A stretch of DNA of 64,000 nt from the NCBI GenBank assembly GCA_047602405.1, contig JASGHJ010000002.1:3040001-3104000 (forward strand), written 5' to 3'. The notes beneath the pieces were generated by a model that saw nothing but the letters and a program-made list of their open reading frames with translations, was not told the DNA's origin and ran no database searches. This document shows positions 8,358 to 18,295 of the stretch, in pieces. The position numbers and the translations under genes were made by a program. The DNA comes from Anaeromyxobacteraceae bacterium. GTDB lineage: Bacteria > Myxococcota > Myxococcia > Myxococcales > Anaeromyxobacteraceae. Every line of letters starts with the position of its first letter. The first letter of the stretch is position 1.

Positions 8358-9157
8358 ACGCCGCCCACGAGGTGCTCGCGCTCCGGACCCGCCCCCGCCC
8401 GGCGTCCGCCGGCGCCGCGGTCGTGACGCTCGCGTGGCGGGCGCTCCTCAAGATCAAGCACGTGCCGTTCCAGCTCTTCGACGTGACCGTGACGCCGATC
8501 ATGTTCACGCTGCTCTTCACGTTCATCTTCGGCGGGGCGCTCGCGGGCTCGCCGCGCGAGTACGTGCAGTACCTCGTGCCGGGCGTGCTCGTGCAGACCG
8601 TCCTCTTCATCACCGTGTACACGGGCGTCGGCCTCAACGGCGACATCCACAAGGGCCTCTACGACCGGTTCCGCTCGCTGCCGATGTGGCAGCCGGCCCC
8701 GCTCCTCGGCGCGCTCGCGGGCGACGTGTTCCGGTACTCGATCGCCTCGGCGGTGATCCTGATCGTCGGGCTCATCCTCGGGTTCCGGCCGCAGGGTGGG
8801 CTCGTGGGCGTGGTGCTCGCGATCGCGCTCCTCCTCGCCTTCTCCTTCGCGCTCTCCTGGCTCTGGATCATCGTGGGCATGCTCGTGCGCACGCCCGAGT
8901 CGGTCATGACCACGAGCTTCGCGGTGATGATGCCGCTCACCTTCGCGAGCGACATCTTCGTGGGCCTCCACACCATGCCGGGCTGGCTGCAGGCCGCGGT
9001 CGGGCGCAACCCGGTCACCCACCTCGCGGCGGCCTCCCGCGCGCTCATGCACGGCGAGCCGGCCGGCGCGGAGGTCCTGTGGACCCTCGCCGCGGCCGCC
9101 GTGCTCGTGGCCGTGGCGGCCCCGATCGCGATGCGGATGTACCGGAGGGAGCGGTGA
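8354..9157 (+). CDS. ABC-2 type permease (DrrB-like)
   Basis: ATGA overlap with the ATPase; about six TM segments; DRFRSLPM and MPGWLQ..NPVTH motifs. Confidence 0.9.
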   Translation: MNAAHEVLALRTRPRPASAGAAVVTLAWRALLKIKHVPFQLFDVTVTPIMFTLLFTFIFGGALAGSPREYVQYLVPGVLVQTVLFITVYTGVGLNGDIHKGLYDRFRSLPMWQPAPLLGALAGDVFRYSIASAVILIVGLILGFRPQGGLVGVVLAIALLLAFSFALSWLWIIVGMLVRTPESVMTTSFAVMMPLTFASDIFVGLHTMPGWLQAAVGRNPVTHLAAASRALMHGEPAGAEVLWTLAAAAVLVAVAAPIAMRMYRRER

Positions 9158-10992
9158 GCGGGAACCCCGCCGCGCCCGCCGCCGCCCGCGAGGCCGACGC
9201 CGACGAGGCCGAGCGCCGCTGGCTCGCCGAGGTCCACCAGCACACCGCCCCCCAGCTGACCCTGCGGGCCGCCCTCATGGGCTGCGTGCTCGGCGCGGTG
9301 ATGGCGCTGTCGAACCTGTACGTCTTCCTCAAGACCGGCTGGAGCCTGGGCGTCACCATCACGGCCTGCATCCTCGCCTGGGCGTTCTTCCGGGCGGTCC
9401 AGGCCGCGCGGCTCACGCGCCGCCCGTTCGGCCCGCTCGAGAACAACGCGATGGCGTCGGTGGCGTCGTCGGCCGGCTACATGACCGGCGGCGGCAACAT
9501 GTCGGCGCTCGGCGCGCTCGTCATCCTCACCGGCTTCCGGCCCGACGCGGCGCCGCTCATCGCCTGGTTCGCGACCATCGCCGCGCTCGGCGTCTTCGTC
9601 GCCATCCCGGTGAAGCGCCAGCTCGTGAACCGGGAGCGGCTGCCGTTCCCGACCGGCACCGCGACCGCCGAGACCATCCGCGCGCTGCACGGCGAGAAGG
9701 CCACCGGCCAGGCGCGGCTCCTCGGGTGGGCCGGGGTCCTCGGCGCGGTCGTCGCCTGGCTCAAGGAGGCGCCCGCCGCGTGGACGCCGCTCCACCTGCC
9801 CGCGAGCTTCAGCCTCCCCCTGAAGCTCGGCGGGCAGCCGCTCGTGAAGTGGGGGCTCGCGATGGACGGCTCGCTCCTGATGGTCGGGGCGGGCGCGCTC
9901 GTCTCCTTCCGGACCGGCTGGTCGATGCTGCTCGGCGCGCTCGTCGCCTACGGCGTGCTCGCGCCCTGGATGGTCGCCGAGGGGGTCATCCCGGCCGTCA
10001 CCTACAAGGCGATCGTGCAGTGGACGCTCTGGGGCGCCGCCGCGATGCTCGTGGCGGCGAACCTCGTCACGTTCGCGCTCGGCTGGCGCCACGTCGCGGC
10101 CTCGTTCACCGGGCTCGGGCGCGCGGTGCGCGGCGGCGGCGCGGACGATCCGCTCGCGCGCGTCGAGGCGCCCACGGCCTGGTTCGTCGCGGGCTTCCTC
10201 GTGCTCGGGCCGATCATCGTCGTCCTCATGAACCGGCTCTTCGCCATCCCGCTCTGGGTGGCCGCGCTCACGCTGCCCCTCGGCGTCGTGCTCGGGTTCC
10301 TGGCGGCGCGCATCACCGGCGAGACCGACACGACGCCGACGAAGGCGTTCGGCCCGCTGACCCAGCTCCTCTACGGCGGCCTCGTGCCGGGCCAGCTCGT
10401 GCCGAACGTCATGGGCGCAAACGTGACCGGCGGCGTCGGGCTGCACGCCGCCGACCTCCTCACCGACCTCAAGACCGGCTACCTGCTCGGCGCGCGCCCG
10501 CGGCCACAGCTGTACGCGCAGCTCCTCGGGACGGTGGTCGGCGCCGCGGCGATCGTGCCGGTGTTCGATCTCCTCGTGCCCGACGCGTCGGTGCTCGGCG
10601 GCGACCGCTTCCCGGCGCCGTCCTCGCAGCTCTGGGCCGGCGTCTCGCGCGTGCTGTCGGCCGGCCTCGACGGGCTCCACCCGACGGCGCGGATCGCCGC
10701 GGTCGTGGGCGCGCTCCTCGGCGTCGCCCTCGCGCTCGCCGAGGCGTGGCTCCCGAGGCGCTGGCGGGCGTTCGTGCCCTCGCCCTCCGGGCTCGGCCTC
10801 GCGGCGGTGCTCCCGGGGCCGAGCTCGATCGCGATGTTCGTGGGGGCGTCGCTCGCCGAGTGGCTGCGCCGCCGCCGCCCCGCCCTCGCCGAGCGCACGG
10901 TCCTGCCGGTCGCATCCGGCCTCATCGCCGGCGAGAGCCTGCTCGGGATCGTGCTCGGCGTGGTGATCGCGCTCGGGCTGGGCAGCGCGTAG
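9154..10992 (+). CDS. OPT-family (YSL-like) oligopeptide transporter
   Basis: GTGA overlap; QLTLRA, NLYVFLKTGW, LENN, LPFPTGTATA, LLTDLKTGYLLG, SGLIAGESL. Confidence 0.9.
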   Translation: MSGNPAAPAAAREADADEAERRWLAEVHQHTAPQLTLRAALMGCVLGAVMALSNLYVFLKTGWSLGVTITACILAWAFFRAVQAARLTRRPFGPLENNAMASVASSAGYMTGGGNMSALGALVILTGFRPDAAPLIAWFATIAALGVFVAIPVKRQLVNRERLPFPTGTATAETIRALHGEKATGQARLLGWAGVLGAVVAWLKEAPAAWTPLHLPASFSLPLKLGGQPLVKWGLAMDGSLLMVGAGALVSFRTGWSMLLGALVAYGVLAPWMVAEGVIPAVTYKAIVQWTLWGAAAMLVAANLVTFALGWRHVAASFTGLGRAVRGGGADDPLARVEAPTAWFVAGFLVLGPIIVVLMNRLFAIPLWVAALTLPLGVVLGFLAARITGETDTTPTKAFGPLTQLLYGGLVPGQLVPNVMGANVTGGVGLHAADLLTDLKTGYLLGARPRPQLYAQLLGTVVGAAAIVPVFDLLVPDASVLGGDRFPAPSSQLWAGVSRVLSAGLDGLHPTARIAAVVGALLGVALALAEAWLPRRWRAFVPSPSGLGLAAVLPGPSSIAMFVGASLAEWLRRRRPALAERTVLPVASGLIAGESLLGIVLGVVIALGLGSA

Positions 10993-10995
10993 CGG

Positions 10996-11622
10996 CTACC
11001 GCGGCTTGCCGCCGCCGCCGCCGCCCGGAGGCCGGCCGCGGCCCGGACCGCCGGGGCCGCGCCGATCCTTGCGGTCGTCCTTCAGCGAGTCCATCGAGAA
11101 GCCGCCGCTCTTCGGCGCGCCCTTCCCGCCGCCCCCGCCGCCGCCGCCGCCGCCACCCCCGCGCCCGCCGCCGCCGCGGCCGCCCCGCTCCCGCTTGGGC
11201 TCGGTGACCTGGCGCATCGAAGACGGCGCGTGGTCGACGAGGTACTGGAAGCCGTTCAGCGTGGTGGCGCCGGGCACGGGCTCCTCGGGCCCGAAGACGC
11301 GCACGAGGCGCACGTCGTCGATCTTCCGGCCGGCCACCTCGACCGCGTCGCGCAGGCGCGCGAGCCGGTCGCCGGACAGCCCGGTCGCGGCGCTCACCGC
11401 GGCGTCGAGCGCGGCCTTCACGGCCTCCGACTCGCCCGTCGCGGCCGGGGCCGGGGCCGGGGCCGCCTCGGCCGGCGCAGGCGCGCCCTCGGCGGGGGCC
11501 GCTGCCTCGGCGACCGGCTCCGCCTTCGGGGCCTCCTCCTTCGGGAGCGAACGCTTCGCCTCGGCGAGGGCCGCCGCCGCCTTCCTGACCGTGATGCCGC
11601 TGAGCTCCGTGAGGGTCTTCAT
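10996..11622 (-). CDS. Hypothetical protein with Gly/Arg-rich C-terminal tail
   Basis: 208 aa, host-like codon usage, converges on the OPT gene with a 3-bp gap. Confidence 0.75.
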   Translation of the reverse strand: MKTLTELSGITVRKAAAALAEAKRSLPKEEAPKAEPVAEAAAPAEGAPAPAEAAPAPAPAATGESEAVKAALDAAVSAATGLSGDRLARLRDAVEVAGRKIDDVRLVRVFGPEEPVPGATTLNGFQYLVDHAPSSMRQVTEPKRERGGRGGGGRGGGGGGGGGGGGKGAPKSGGFSMDSLKDDRKDRRGPGGPGRGRPPGGGGGGKPR

Positions 11623-11778
11623 GCCTCACTCGTACACGCATCCGGGCCCGGCGGAAAGCCTCGCGACGCTCGGGCCGAGAGGTCCGGCCTCAGCCTGGCT
11701 TTCCTATTTTCTGGATCCACCCCCTCCACCCGGCCGCTACGTCGAGACCCGGGAGTCGAACGAGCCGGAGGAGGAGCC

Positions 11779-12075
11779 ATGGAGATCGAGGTGCGAGCGA
11801 TGGGCATGCCGGTCACCGAGGGGATGAGGGCGCACGTGGAGCGCAGGCTCGCCTTCGCGCTGGACCGCTTCGGGAACCGGGTGGCGCGCGTCACCGTCCG
11901 GGTGGCCGACGTCAACGGCCCGCGCGGCGGCCCCGACAAGGCCTGCCGGGTGAACGCCGCCCTGCGGACGGGGCACCGCGTCCACATCGACGAGCGCGAC
12001 CTCGACGCCTACGCCGCGATCGACCGCGCGGCGCACCGGCTCGGGCACACGGTGGCGCGGCGGCTCGAGCGCTGA
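11779..12075 (+). CDS. HPF/RaiA-family ribosome-associated protein (short form)
   Basis: GGAGGAGGAG RBS; RAHVERRLAFAL, DVNGPRGGPDKAC, YAAIDRAAHRL. Confidence 0.85.
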   Translation: MEIEVRAMGMPVTEGMRAHVERRLAFALDRFGNRVARVTVRVADVNGPRGGPDKACRVNAALRTGHRVHIDERDLDAYAAIDRAAHRLGHTVARRLER

Positions 12076-12090
12076 GGGTCCGACCCCCGG

Positions 12091-12912
12091 TCAGGCCGGC
12101 CGCTTCAGGAGCCGCTCGAGGGCCTTCGCGCCCGCGAGGAGCAGCTCGACCTCGCGCTGGCTCGGCCCGGCCCTGGCCAGCAGCCGCCGGAAGTCCGCGA
12201 GCACCTGCTCCGGGTTCTGCGGGTTCGTGAAGCCCGCGGCGCCGAGCATGGCCTGCAGGCGGGCCCAGAGGGCCTCCACGGTGGCGTGGCGGGCGGGCTC
12301 GGGCGCGGGCTCGGCGGGCAGCGCGACCGGCGCGCCCGCGATCTCGTAGGCGACGACCGCCACCGCCTGGGCGAGGTTCATCGAGTCGTAGGCGGACGAG
12401 GTCGGGATGGTGCAGACGGCCTGGCAGAGCTCGAGCTCGGCGTCGGAGAGGCCGCGGCGCTCCTCCCCGAAGACGACCGCCACCTCCCCCGCGAGGCTCC
12501 GCCGCGCGACCTCCGCGGCGAGCTCCCGGGGGTGCAGGCGCGGCCGGCCGGGCAGCGTGCGCGACGTCGTACCGCAGGTCCAGGTGGCGGGGCCGAGCGC
12601 GGCGGCGAGGTCGGGGTGGACCTCGGCGCCCTCGAGCAGGTCCGAGGCGTGCCGGGCGGTGGTCCGGGCCCGGTCCATCACGTCGTCCCCCGCGGAACGA
12701 TCGGCCCCGGACCGGGGCGCCCCCGCCCAGGACGGCGGGGCCACGATGGCGAGGCGCGAGAGGCCGAAGTTCTTCATCGCCCGGGCGGCCTGCCCGACGT
12801 TCTCGGCGCTCGAGGGCCGGTGGAGCACGAACCTCGTCCTCGAGCGACCGGTGCTGGAGAGCCCGGCGCTCGACGGACCGGCGTTCGACGCACTCGTTTT
12901 TGACGGATCCAT
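12091..12912 (-). CDS. trmJ: TrmJ/LasT-family SPOUT RNA methyltransferase
   Basis: ENVGQAARAMKNFG, VFGEERRGLS, IPT...SMNLAQAV. Confidence 0.85.
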   Translation of the reverse strand: MDPSKTSASNAGPSSAGLSSTGRSRTRFVLHRPSSAENVGQAARAMKNFGLSRLAIVAPPSWAGAPRSGADRSAGDDVMDRARTTARHASDLLEGAEVHPDLAAALGPATWTCGTTSRTLPGRPRLHPRELAAEVARRSLAGEVAVVFGEERRGLSDAELELCQAVCTIPTSSAYDSMNLAQAVAVVAYEIAGAPVALPAEPAPEPARHATVEALWARLQAMLGAAGFTNPQNPEQVLADFRRLLARAGPSQREVELLLAGAKALERLLKRPA

Positions 12913-12941
12913 GGCGGTGGGCCCGGTATAGCATCCCGCGC

Positions 12942-13902
12942 ATGCTGAACGACGACGCCCTCCGCGCCCAGCTCCCGCACTGCCTGCGCCAGCTCGACCT
13001 GCCCGCCCTCGGCGAGCTCTACCGCGGCAAGGTCCGCGACAACTACTCCCGCGGCGACCGGATCGTGATGGTCACGACCGACCGGGTCTCCGCGTTCGAC
13101 CACGTCCTCGGGACCATCCCGTTCAAGGGCGAGGTCCTGTCGCGGCTCACCTCCTTCTGGTTCGAGAAGGTGAAGGACATCGCGCCCACCCACCTCGTGG
13201 ACGTGCCGGACCCGAGCGTGATGGTCGTGAAGCGCGCGAAGGCGCTGCCGGTCGAGATCGTGATCCGCGGGTACATCACGGGCTCCCTCTGGCGCGACTA
13301 CCAGGCCGGGAAGGCGGGCGCGTACGGCATCGCCTGGCCGGCGGGCCTGAAGAAGGACCAGCGGTTCGACCAGGCGATCATCACGCCCTCGACGAAGGCG
13401 GAGTACGGCAAGCACGACGAGCCGATCAGCGAGGCCGAGATCCTGAAGCAGGGGCTCGTGACCCCGGACATCTGGAAGGAGGCGACCGCGGTCGCGCACC
13501 GGCTTCTTCCAGCGCGGCCAGGAGTGGGCGAAGACCCGCGGCCTCATCCTCGTCGACACGAAGTACGAGATGGGGATCGCCGACGGGAAGCTCGTGGTCA
13601 TCGACGAGATCCACACGCCCGACTCGTCCCGCTACTGGGTCGCCGACGGCTACGAGGACCGCTTCCAGCGGGGCGTCGAGCAGCAGATGCTCGACAAGGA
13701 GAACATCCGGCAGTGGCTCATCACCGAGCACGGGTTCTCCGGCCACGGCACGCCGCCCGCGCTCACCGACGAGGTCCGGGTGATGCTCGCGCGGACCTAC
13801 CTGCAGCTCTTCGAGCGGCTGACCGGCCAGCCGTTCACCTCCGAGGTCGGCTCGGTCGCCTCCCGCATCGAGAAGAACCTGAAGGCGAAGCAGTACCTCT
13901 AG
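12942..13902 (+). CDS. purC: SAICAR synthase; +1 frameshift at ~13504 (probable sequencing error)
   Basis: YRGKVRD, DRVSAFD, ITPSTKAE; removing one T gives HRLFQRGQ..GLILVDTKYEMG..IDEIHTPDSSRYW. Length 961 = 3n+1. Confidence 0.93.
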
Positions 13903-13905
13903 GCC

Positions 13906-14808
13906 GTGCGCCGCCTCGCCGGCCCCGGCCCCCTCGGCCTCGCGGTCGTCGCGCTGGCGCTCGGCGCCTGCGGCGGCGCGGGCGATCCCGCCCCGGCCGG
14001 CGCCGACCCGCTCGTCTACGGCGGCGCGCGGCCGGTGCGGCTGCAGGTGCCGGCGTCGGTCGAGCCGGGCAAGACGTACCCGCTCGTGCTGCTCGTGCAC
14101 GGGTACGGCGCGAGCGGCACGCTGCAGCAGCTCTACTTCGGCCTCGGCCCCTCGACGCTCCCGGGCGGCGCCTTCCTGCTCGCGCCGGACGGGACCTCCG
14201 ACGGGTCCAGCCGCTTCTGGCACGCGAACGACGTCTGCTGCGCGTTCGGCCCCGCGCAGCCGGACGACGTCGCCTACCTGGGCGGCCTCCTCGACGCGGT
14301 CGCCGCCGAGTGGCCCATCGATCCCGCGCGCGTGCTCGTGCTCGGCCACTCGAACGGCGCCTTCATGGCGTACCGGCTCGCCTGCGATCGCGCCGACCGC
14401 GTCACCGCCATCGCCGGGCTCGCCGGCGCCGCGAGCTCGATCGACGGCTCCGGCTGCGCGCCCGCGAAGCCGGTGAGCGTGCTGCACCTGCACGGCACCG
14501 CGGACCAGACCGTCGCCTACGGCGGAGGCATGCTCCTCCCCGGCGGCCCCGCGTACCCGGGCGCGGTCGCCTCGACCGAGCAGTGGGCCGCGCACGACGG
14601 CTGCGGCACCTCCTGGACGGCGGGCGCCGCGCGGGATCTCGTCTCGACCCTCGCGGGCGCGGAGACCGCGACCGCGGCCGCCGGCGGCTGCCCCGCGGGC
14701 GTCGCCGTCGAGCGCTGGACGATGACGGGCGCGCCGCACGTCCCCGCGCTCACGGCCGACTTCTCGGCGCAGGTGCTCGGCTGGCTCGCGGAGCACCCGC
14801 GGCCGTGA
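13906..14808 (+). CDS. Lipoprotein alpha/beta-hydrolase (PHB depolymerase/LpqC-like esterase)
   Basis: Lipobox LGAC, LLVHGYG, GHSNG nucleophile elbow, HGTAD. Confidence 0.85.
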   Translation: MRRLAGPGPLGLAVVALALGACGGAGDPAPAGADPLVYGGARPVRLQVPASVEPGKTYPLVLLVHGYGASGTLQQLYFGLGPSTLPGGAFLLAPDGTSDGSSRFWHANDVCCAFGPAQPDDVAYLGGLLDAVAAEWPIDPARVLVLGHSNGAFMAYRLACDRADRVTAIAGLAGAASSIDGSGCAPAKPVSVLHLHGTADQTVAYGGGMLLPGGPAYPGAVASTEQWAAHDGCGTSWTAGAARDLVSTLAGAETATAAAGGCPAGVAVERWTMTGAPHVPALTADFSAQVLGWLAEHPRP

Positions 14809-14818
14809 CCGCCGCCGG

Positions 14819-16417
14819 TCAGCCGGCGTAGCGCCCCGGCAGGAGCGCCGTCCACCCGTCCTCGCGCGAGAGCGCCGCGGGCTTCACGTCGCCCGCGCGC
14901 CGGCCGCGCCGGCGGCAGGCCTCGTAGTACGCGGCCGCGGCGTCGCCCTCGACCACGTAGACGCGCGCCGGCGCGAGCTGGCCGAGCCGGACGCAGTGCA
15001 GGTAGTGGAAGCTCTCGCCGAGCGCGGCCTCGAGGCGGGCGCCGAGCGGCGCCGCGCCACCCGGGCCCACGGCGGCCCGCGCGACGTAGAGGGTGGTCGC
15101 GGGCGGGCCCCCCGACGCGTCCGGCGCGAGGAACGCGAGCCCGGGGCCGAGGCCCAGCCCGGCGAGCACCCGCGCCGCGAAGCCCTCGTGCAGCTTCTCG
15201 CCGCACCGGTCGAGGACGAGGTCCTCCTTGCCGACGAACTCGAGCGTCGGCGTCCGCGCGAGGAGCCCGGTCACGCGCACGCGGTCGAGGAGCCGGTAGC
15301 GCCACAGGCCGCCGCCGGTCGTGACGACCACGGAGCCCTCGTCCCCCTCGCGCCAGCGCTCGAGCGGGACGGGCCCCTGCCCCGGCAGCTCGAGCTCGAG
15401 GTAGTGCGAGCGCACCGCCGCGGGGCGGGCGCCGCCGAACGGGATCGACACGACCGCCTCGGTGGCGAGGAGCCCCTTCGCCTCGAGCGGCACGCCGGGG
15501 AGGAGCGCCTCGAGGTCGCGGGCCGGCGCCGCGGAGGGGCCGTCCGCCCAGGCCGAGACGAGCGCGAGGCGGGGCCAGACCGCCTGGAGGCCACGGGCGA
15601 GCGCGCGCTCCACCTCGCGGGCCCGCGCCGGCGCCGGGGCGAGCGGCGGCAGCGGGCCCTCGGCGGCCGCGCCGTCGCGGAGCGCGGCGAGGTGCGGCCC
15701 GGGGTCGTCCCGGAGCGGCGCGAGGAGGAGCGTGAGGAAGGTCGGGCTCCAGACCGAGAGGAGCCGGAGCTCCCGCGCGCGCAGGAGGTGCTGCAGCGTG
15801 CGCGCGCGCCAGGCGCCGAGGTCCTGGAGGTGGCGCACCGCCGAGGGCACCGCGAGCGTGGCCTCCACGAGCCGCCGCGCGGCGGCGCCGAGGTACTCGG
15901 CGTCGTCCTCGAAGCCGATGCGCGCGCCGCCGGCGGTGCGGCGCTCGCCCGCCGCGGCCGGGCTCACCGACCAGTACGCGGGGCCGAGCGCGAGCGCGGG
16001 ACGGCGGAGCGTCATGTCCGCGAGCCAGGGGCGGAGCGCGCGCTGGAACTCGTCGCGGAGCGGGGCCGGGTACGGCACGAGCTTCGTCGCGGCGGCGCTG
16101 CCGCTCGAGGGCTGGAAGAGCGGGACCGGCGCCGCCGAGAGGACGCCCGGCTCACCCGCGGCGGCCCGCTCGATCCACGGGAGGAGCCCGTCGTACGCGC
16201 GCGGCGGGACCCGCTCGAGGAACGCCCGCGGCGACGCGCCCGGCCCGAGCCCGTGCTCGCGCAGGAACGCGGCGCCCCCGTTCGCGCCGAGGATGCGCGC
16301 GAGCACCCCGGCCTGCGCGCGGGCCGGGTCGCCGAGCGCGGCGCGGAAGGCCCGCCACGCCGGGAGCATGGAGGCGAGGAGCGCGGCGTTCCCCGCGGCG
16401 GCGAGCGGCGCGAGCAC
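14819..16417 (-). CDS. GH3-family acyl-adenylate-forming (acyl-amide) ligase
   Basis: FQPSSGSAAATKLVP P-loop, GLLATEAVVS, VVTTGGGLWRYRLLD, GEKLHE. Confidence 0.85.
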   Translation of the reverse strand: MLAPLAAAGNAALLASMLPAWRAFRAALGDPARAQAGVLARILGANGGAAFLREHGLGPGASPRAFLERVPPRAYDGLLPWIERAAAGEPGVLSAAPVPLFQPSSGSAAATKLVPYPAPLRDEFQRALRPWLADMTLRRPALALGPAYWSVSPAAAGERRTAGGARIGFEDDAEYLGAAARRLVEATLAVPSAVRHLQDLGAWRARTLQHLLRARELRLLSVWSPTFLTLLLAPLRDDPGPHLAALRDGAAAEGPLPPLAPAPARAREVERALARGLQAVWPRLALVSAWADGPSAAPARDLEALLPGVPLEAKGLLATEAVVSIPFGGARPAAVRSHYLELELPGQGPVPLERWREGDEGSVVVTTGGGLWRYRLLDRVRVTGLLARTPTLEFVGKEDLVLDRCGEKLHEGFAARVLAGLGLGPGLAFLAPDASGGPPATTLYVARAAVGPGGAAPLGARLEAALGESFHYLHCVRLGQLAPARVYVVEGDAAAAYYEACRRRGRRAGDVKPAALSREDGWTALLPGRYAG

Positions 16418-16424
16418 GGCCGCC

Positions 16425-17210
16425 CTACCCGCGGAGCAACCGGCGCCCGGCGCCGGAGAGGTTCTCCGGGGAGACCTCGCAGAGGCAGGCGAGCTCGTCG
16501 CCGCGCGCGTGCCCGGGATCGAGCCGCGCGAAGAGCTCGACCGCGGGATCGCGGAGGCGCGCCTCGGTCACGTCCCCCACCCCGGGCTTCAGCCGGTGGA
16601 CGGAGCGCTCGAGGCGGATGACGCCGGTCGCCGCGTCGAAGCGCGCGCCGTACCGCTCGCGCGCGACGAGCGCGAGCCGCGCGGCGAGGTCCGGGGCGGC
16701 CTCGCGGGCCGCGGGGTGGTGGCGGCGGAAGAGCGTCGCCATCACCCGGTAGGTCCGGTGACCGGACGCGATCAGGAACCAGTCGAGCGGCTCGCCCGGC
16801 GCCTCGGCGGCCGCCGCGAGCGCACTCCGGAGCCAGGTCCGGATCGCGACCGGCGAGCGCCACGCGACGGGGTCGACGATCGTGTCGCCGCTGAAGAGCA
16901 CGCGGCGGCCCGTCGCCGCCGAGCGGTAGGCGAGCAGCGTCGAGAAGCCGCGCACCGCGCCCAGGCCGTCGGTGACGAGGACCACCCGGTCCTTCTCGTC
17001 GAGGTCGCGCTCGAAGTCCTCCCGGACCACGCCGTCGTAGTGGCGCTCGAGGAGCGCGAGCATCCCGGCGCGGGTCGCGCGGTCGAGCAGGCGCACCGGC
17101 ACGCAGGCGCCCGAGAGCGCCTCCTCGGGCGGCACGGGCTCGTGGAGCGGCACGGCCTTCTCGCCCGACGGGGTCCGGGCGGCGGGCGCGGCGAGCGTGG
17201 TGACGGTCAC
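16425..17210 (-). CDS. Hypothetical protein, probable GNAT-like fold
   Basis: FERDLDEKD..VRGFST..VLFSGDTIVDPVAW..WFLIASGHRTYR; GTGA overlap with the upstream gene. Confidence 0.7.
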   Translation of the reverse strand: MTVTTLAAPAARTPSGEKAVPLHEPVPPEEALSGACVPVRLLDRATRAGMLALLERHYDGVVREDFERDLDEKDRVVLVTDGLGAVRGFSTLLAYRSAATGRRVLFSGDTIVDPVAWRSPVAIRTWLRSALAAAAEAPGEPLDWFLIASGHRTYRVMATLFRRHHPAAREAAPDLAARLALVARERYGARFDAATGVIRLERSVHRLKPGVGDVTEARLRDPAVELFARLDPGHARGDELACLCEVSPENLSGAGRRLLRG

Positions 17211-18295
17211 AGGAGGGCGACCTCCGGCGCGAGCGGGCGACCGTCGAGCGCCGCCACCCGGGCGGCCCCCTCGACGCGGTAGACGGCGAAGACGGTGGAC
17301 GGGTACGCGCGGTGGCGGTGCCGGCGCGCCCCGGCGAGGAGCGGGTGCCCCGCCGCGAGGCCGAGGAGCAGCACCCGGAGCCCGCGCCGGTGGGCGAGGT
17401 CGAGCGCGGCGTCGAGGAGCGCGCCGAAGGCCGAGGGGTCGTCGCCGCGCGCGTGCGCGAAGGCGAGGAAGCCCGCGGCGAGGGTCTCGCCCACCGCCGG
17501 CAGGAGCGCCGCGGCGCCCGGGAGCCAGCGCAGGAGCGGCCGGGCGAGCCGGACGGCGCGGGAGTGGCCGCGCACGACGGTCTGCTTGAACGCCCGCTGG
17601 TCCCAGAGCGCGCCCGCCGCGGCGAGGGTGCCGCCCTCCTCCACGACGAGGAGATCACCCGGGCCGAGCCCGCGCGCGCGCGCGGGGCACGCGAGGCGCG
17701 CCCCGTCGAGCCGCGGCGCGAGCTGGAAGCGGCGGGCCTCGCCGTCGAGGAACGCGGCCACCTCCGGGAGGCGCTCCGGCGGGCAGGCGCGGGCGGACGG
17801 CGCGCCGCGCGCAGGGCGGGTGGCGAGCGCCAGCGTGACGAGCTCCCCGAGCGGCCGGTAGGTGGGCACGCCTGCCCGGCCGCTCGAGAGGAGGCGCCGC
17901 GCGCGCGGGTTGTCGCCCACGATGGCGGTGAAGTCGAAGGGCAGCTCGTCCGGGTCGCGGGCCGCCTCCAGCCGGCGGAAGCCGTCGCCCAGCAGCGCGA
18001 GCTCGCCCCGGGCGCCCGGCTGGATGCGGAGCTGCCCGAGGTAGCCCACCCGCGCCGGCGCCCCGTCCACCCAGGCATCCCGCACGGCCCGCGCCGCGAA
18101 GCCGACCACCCGCCCCTCCCGCCGCCCCACCACGACCGCGTGGCGGTCCCCCTCCACCTCCGCGGCGTGGCGCCAGTCCGGCTCGCGCTCGAACGCCAGC
18201 GAGAGCGGGCCCGGGAACGGCGTCTCGCGCAGGATCCGCCGGAGCTCCGGCTCGTCCGCGGCCGCCATGGGCCCGAGCTCGACCGTCGCGCTCAC
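17207..18295 (-). CDS. GNAT-like acyltransferase
   Basis: GTG at 18295 overlaps the upstream TGA; LAFEREPD, VVGFAAR, VGYLGQLRIQPGARG (motif A-like), IVGDNPRARRLL. Confidence 0.75.
   Translation of the reverse strand: MSATVELGPMAAADEPELRRILRETPFPGPLSLAFEREPDWRHAAEVEGDRHAVVVGRREGRVVGFAARAVRDAWVDGAPARVGYLGQLRIQPGARGELALLGDGFRRLEAARDPDELPFDFTAIVGDNPRARRLLSSGRAGVPTYRPLGELVTLALATRPARGAPSARACPPERLPEVAAFLDGEARRFQLAPRLDGARLACPARARGLGPGDLLVVEEGGTLAAAGALWDQRAFKQTVVRGHSRAVRLARPLLRWLPGAAALLPAVGETLAAGFLAFAHARGDDPSAFGALLDAALDLAHRRGLRVLLLGLAAGHPLLAGARRHRHRAYPSTVFAVYRVEGAARVAALDGRPLAPEVALL

Noticed and set aside
11694..11712. sigma54 promoter upstream of the HPF-family gene (TGGCTTTCCTATTTT)
   Set aside because: The -12 GC dinucleotide is missing.
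12846..12905. Degenerate 15-nt periodicity at the trmJ 5' end (ASNAG/PSSAG/LSSTG)
   Set aside because: Only about three weak units in a disordered N-terminus; too little to interpret.
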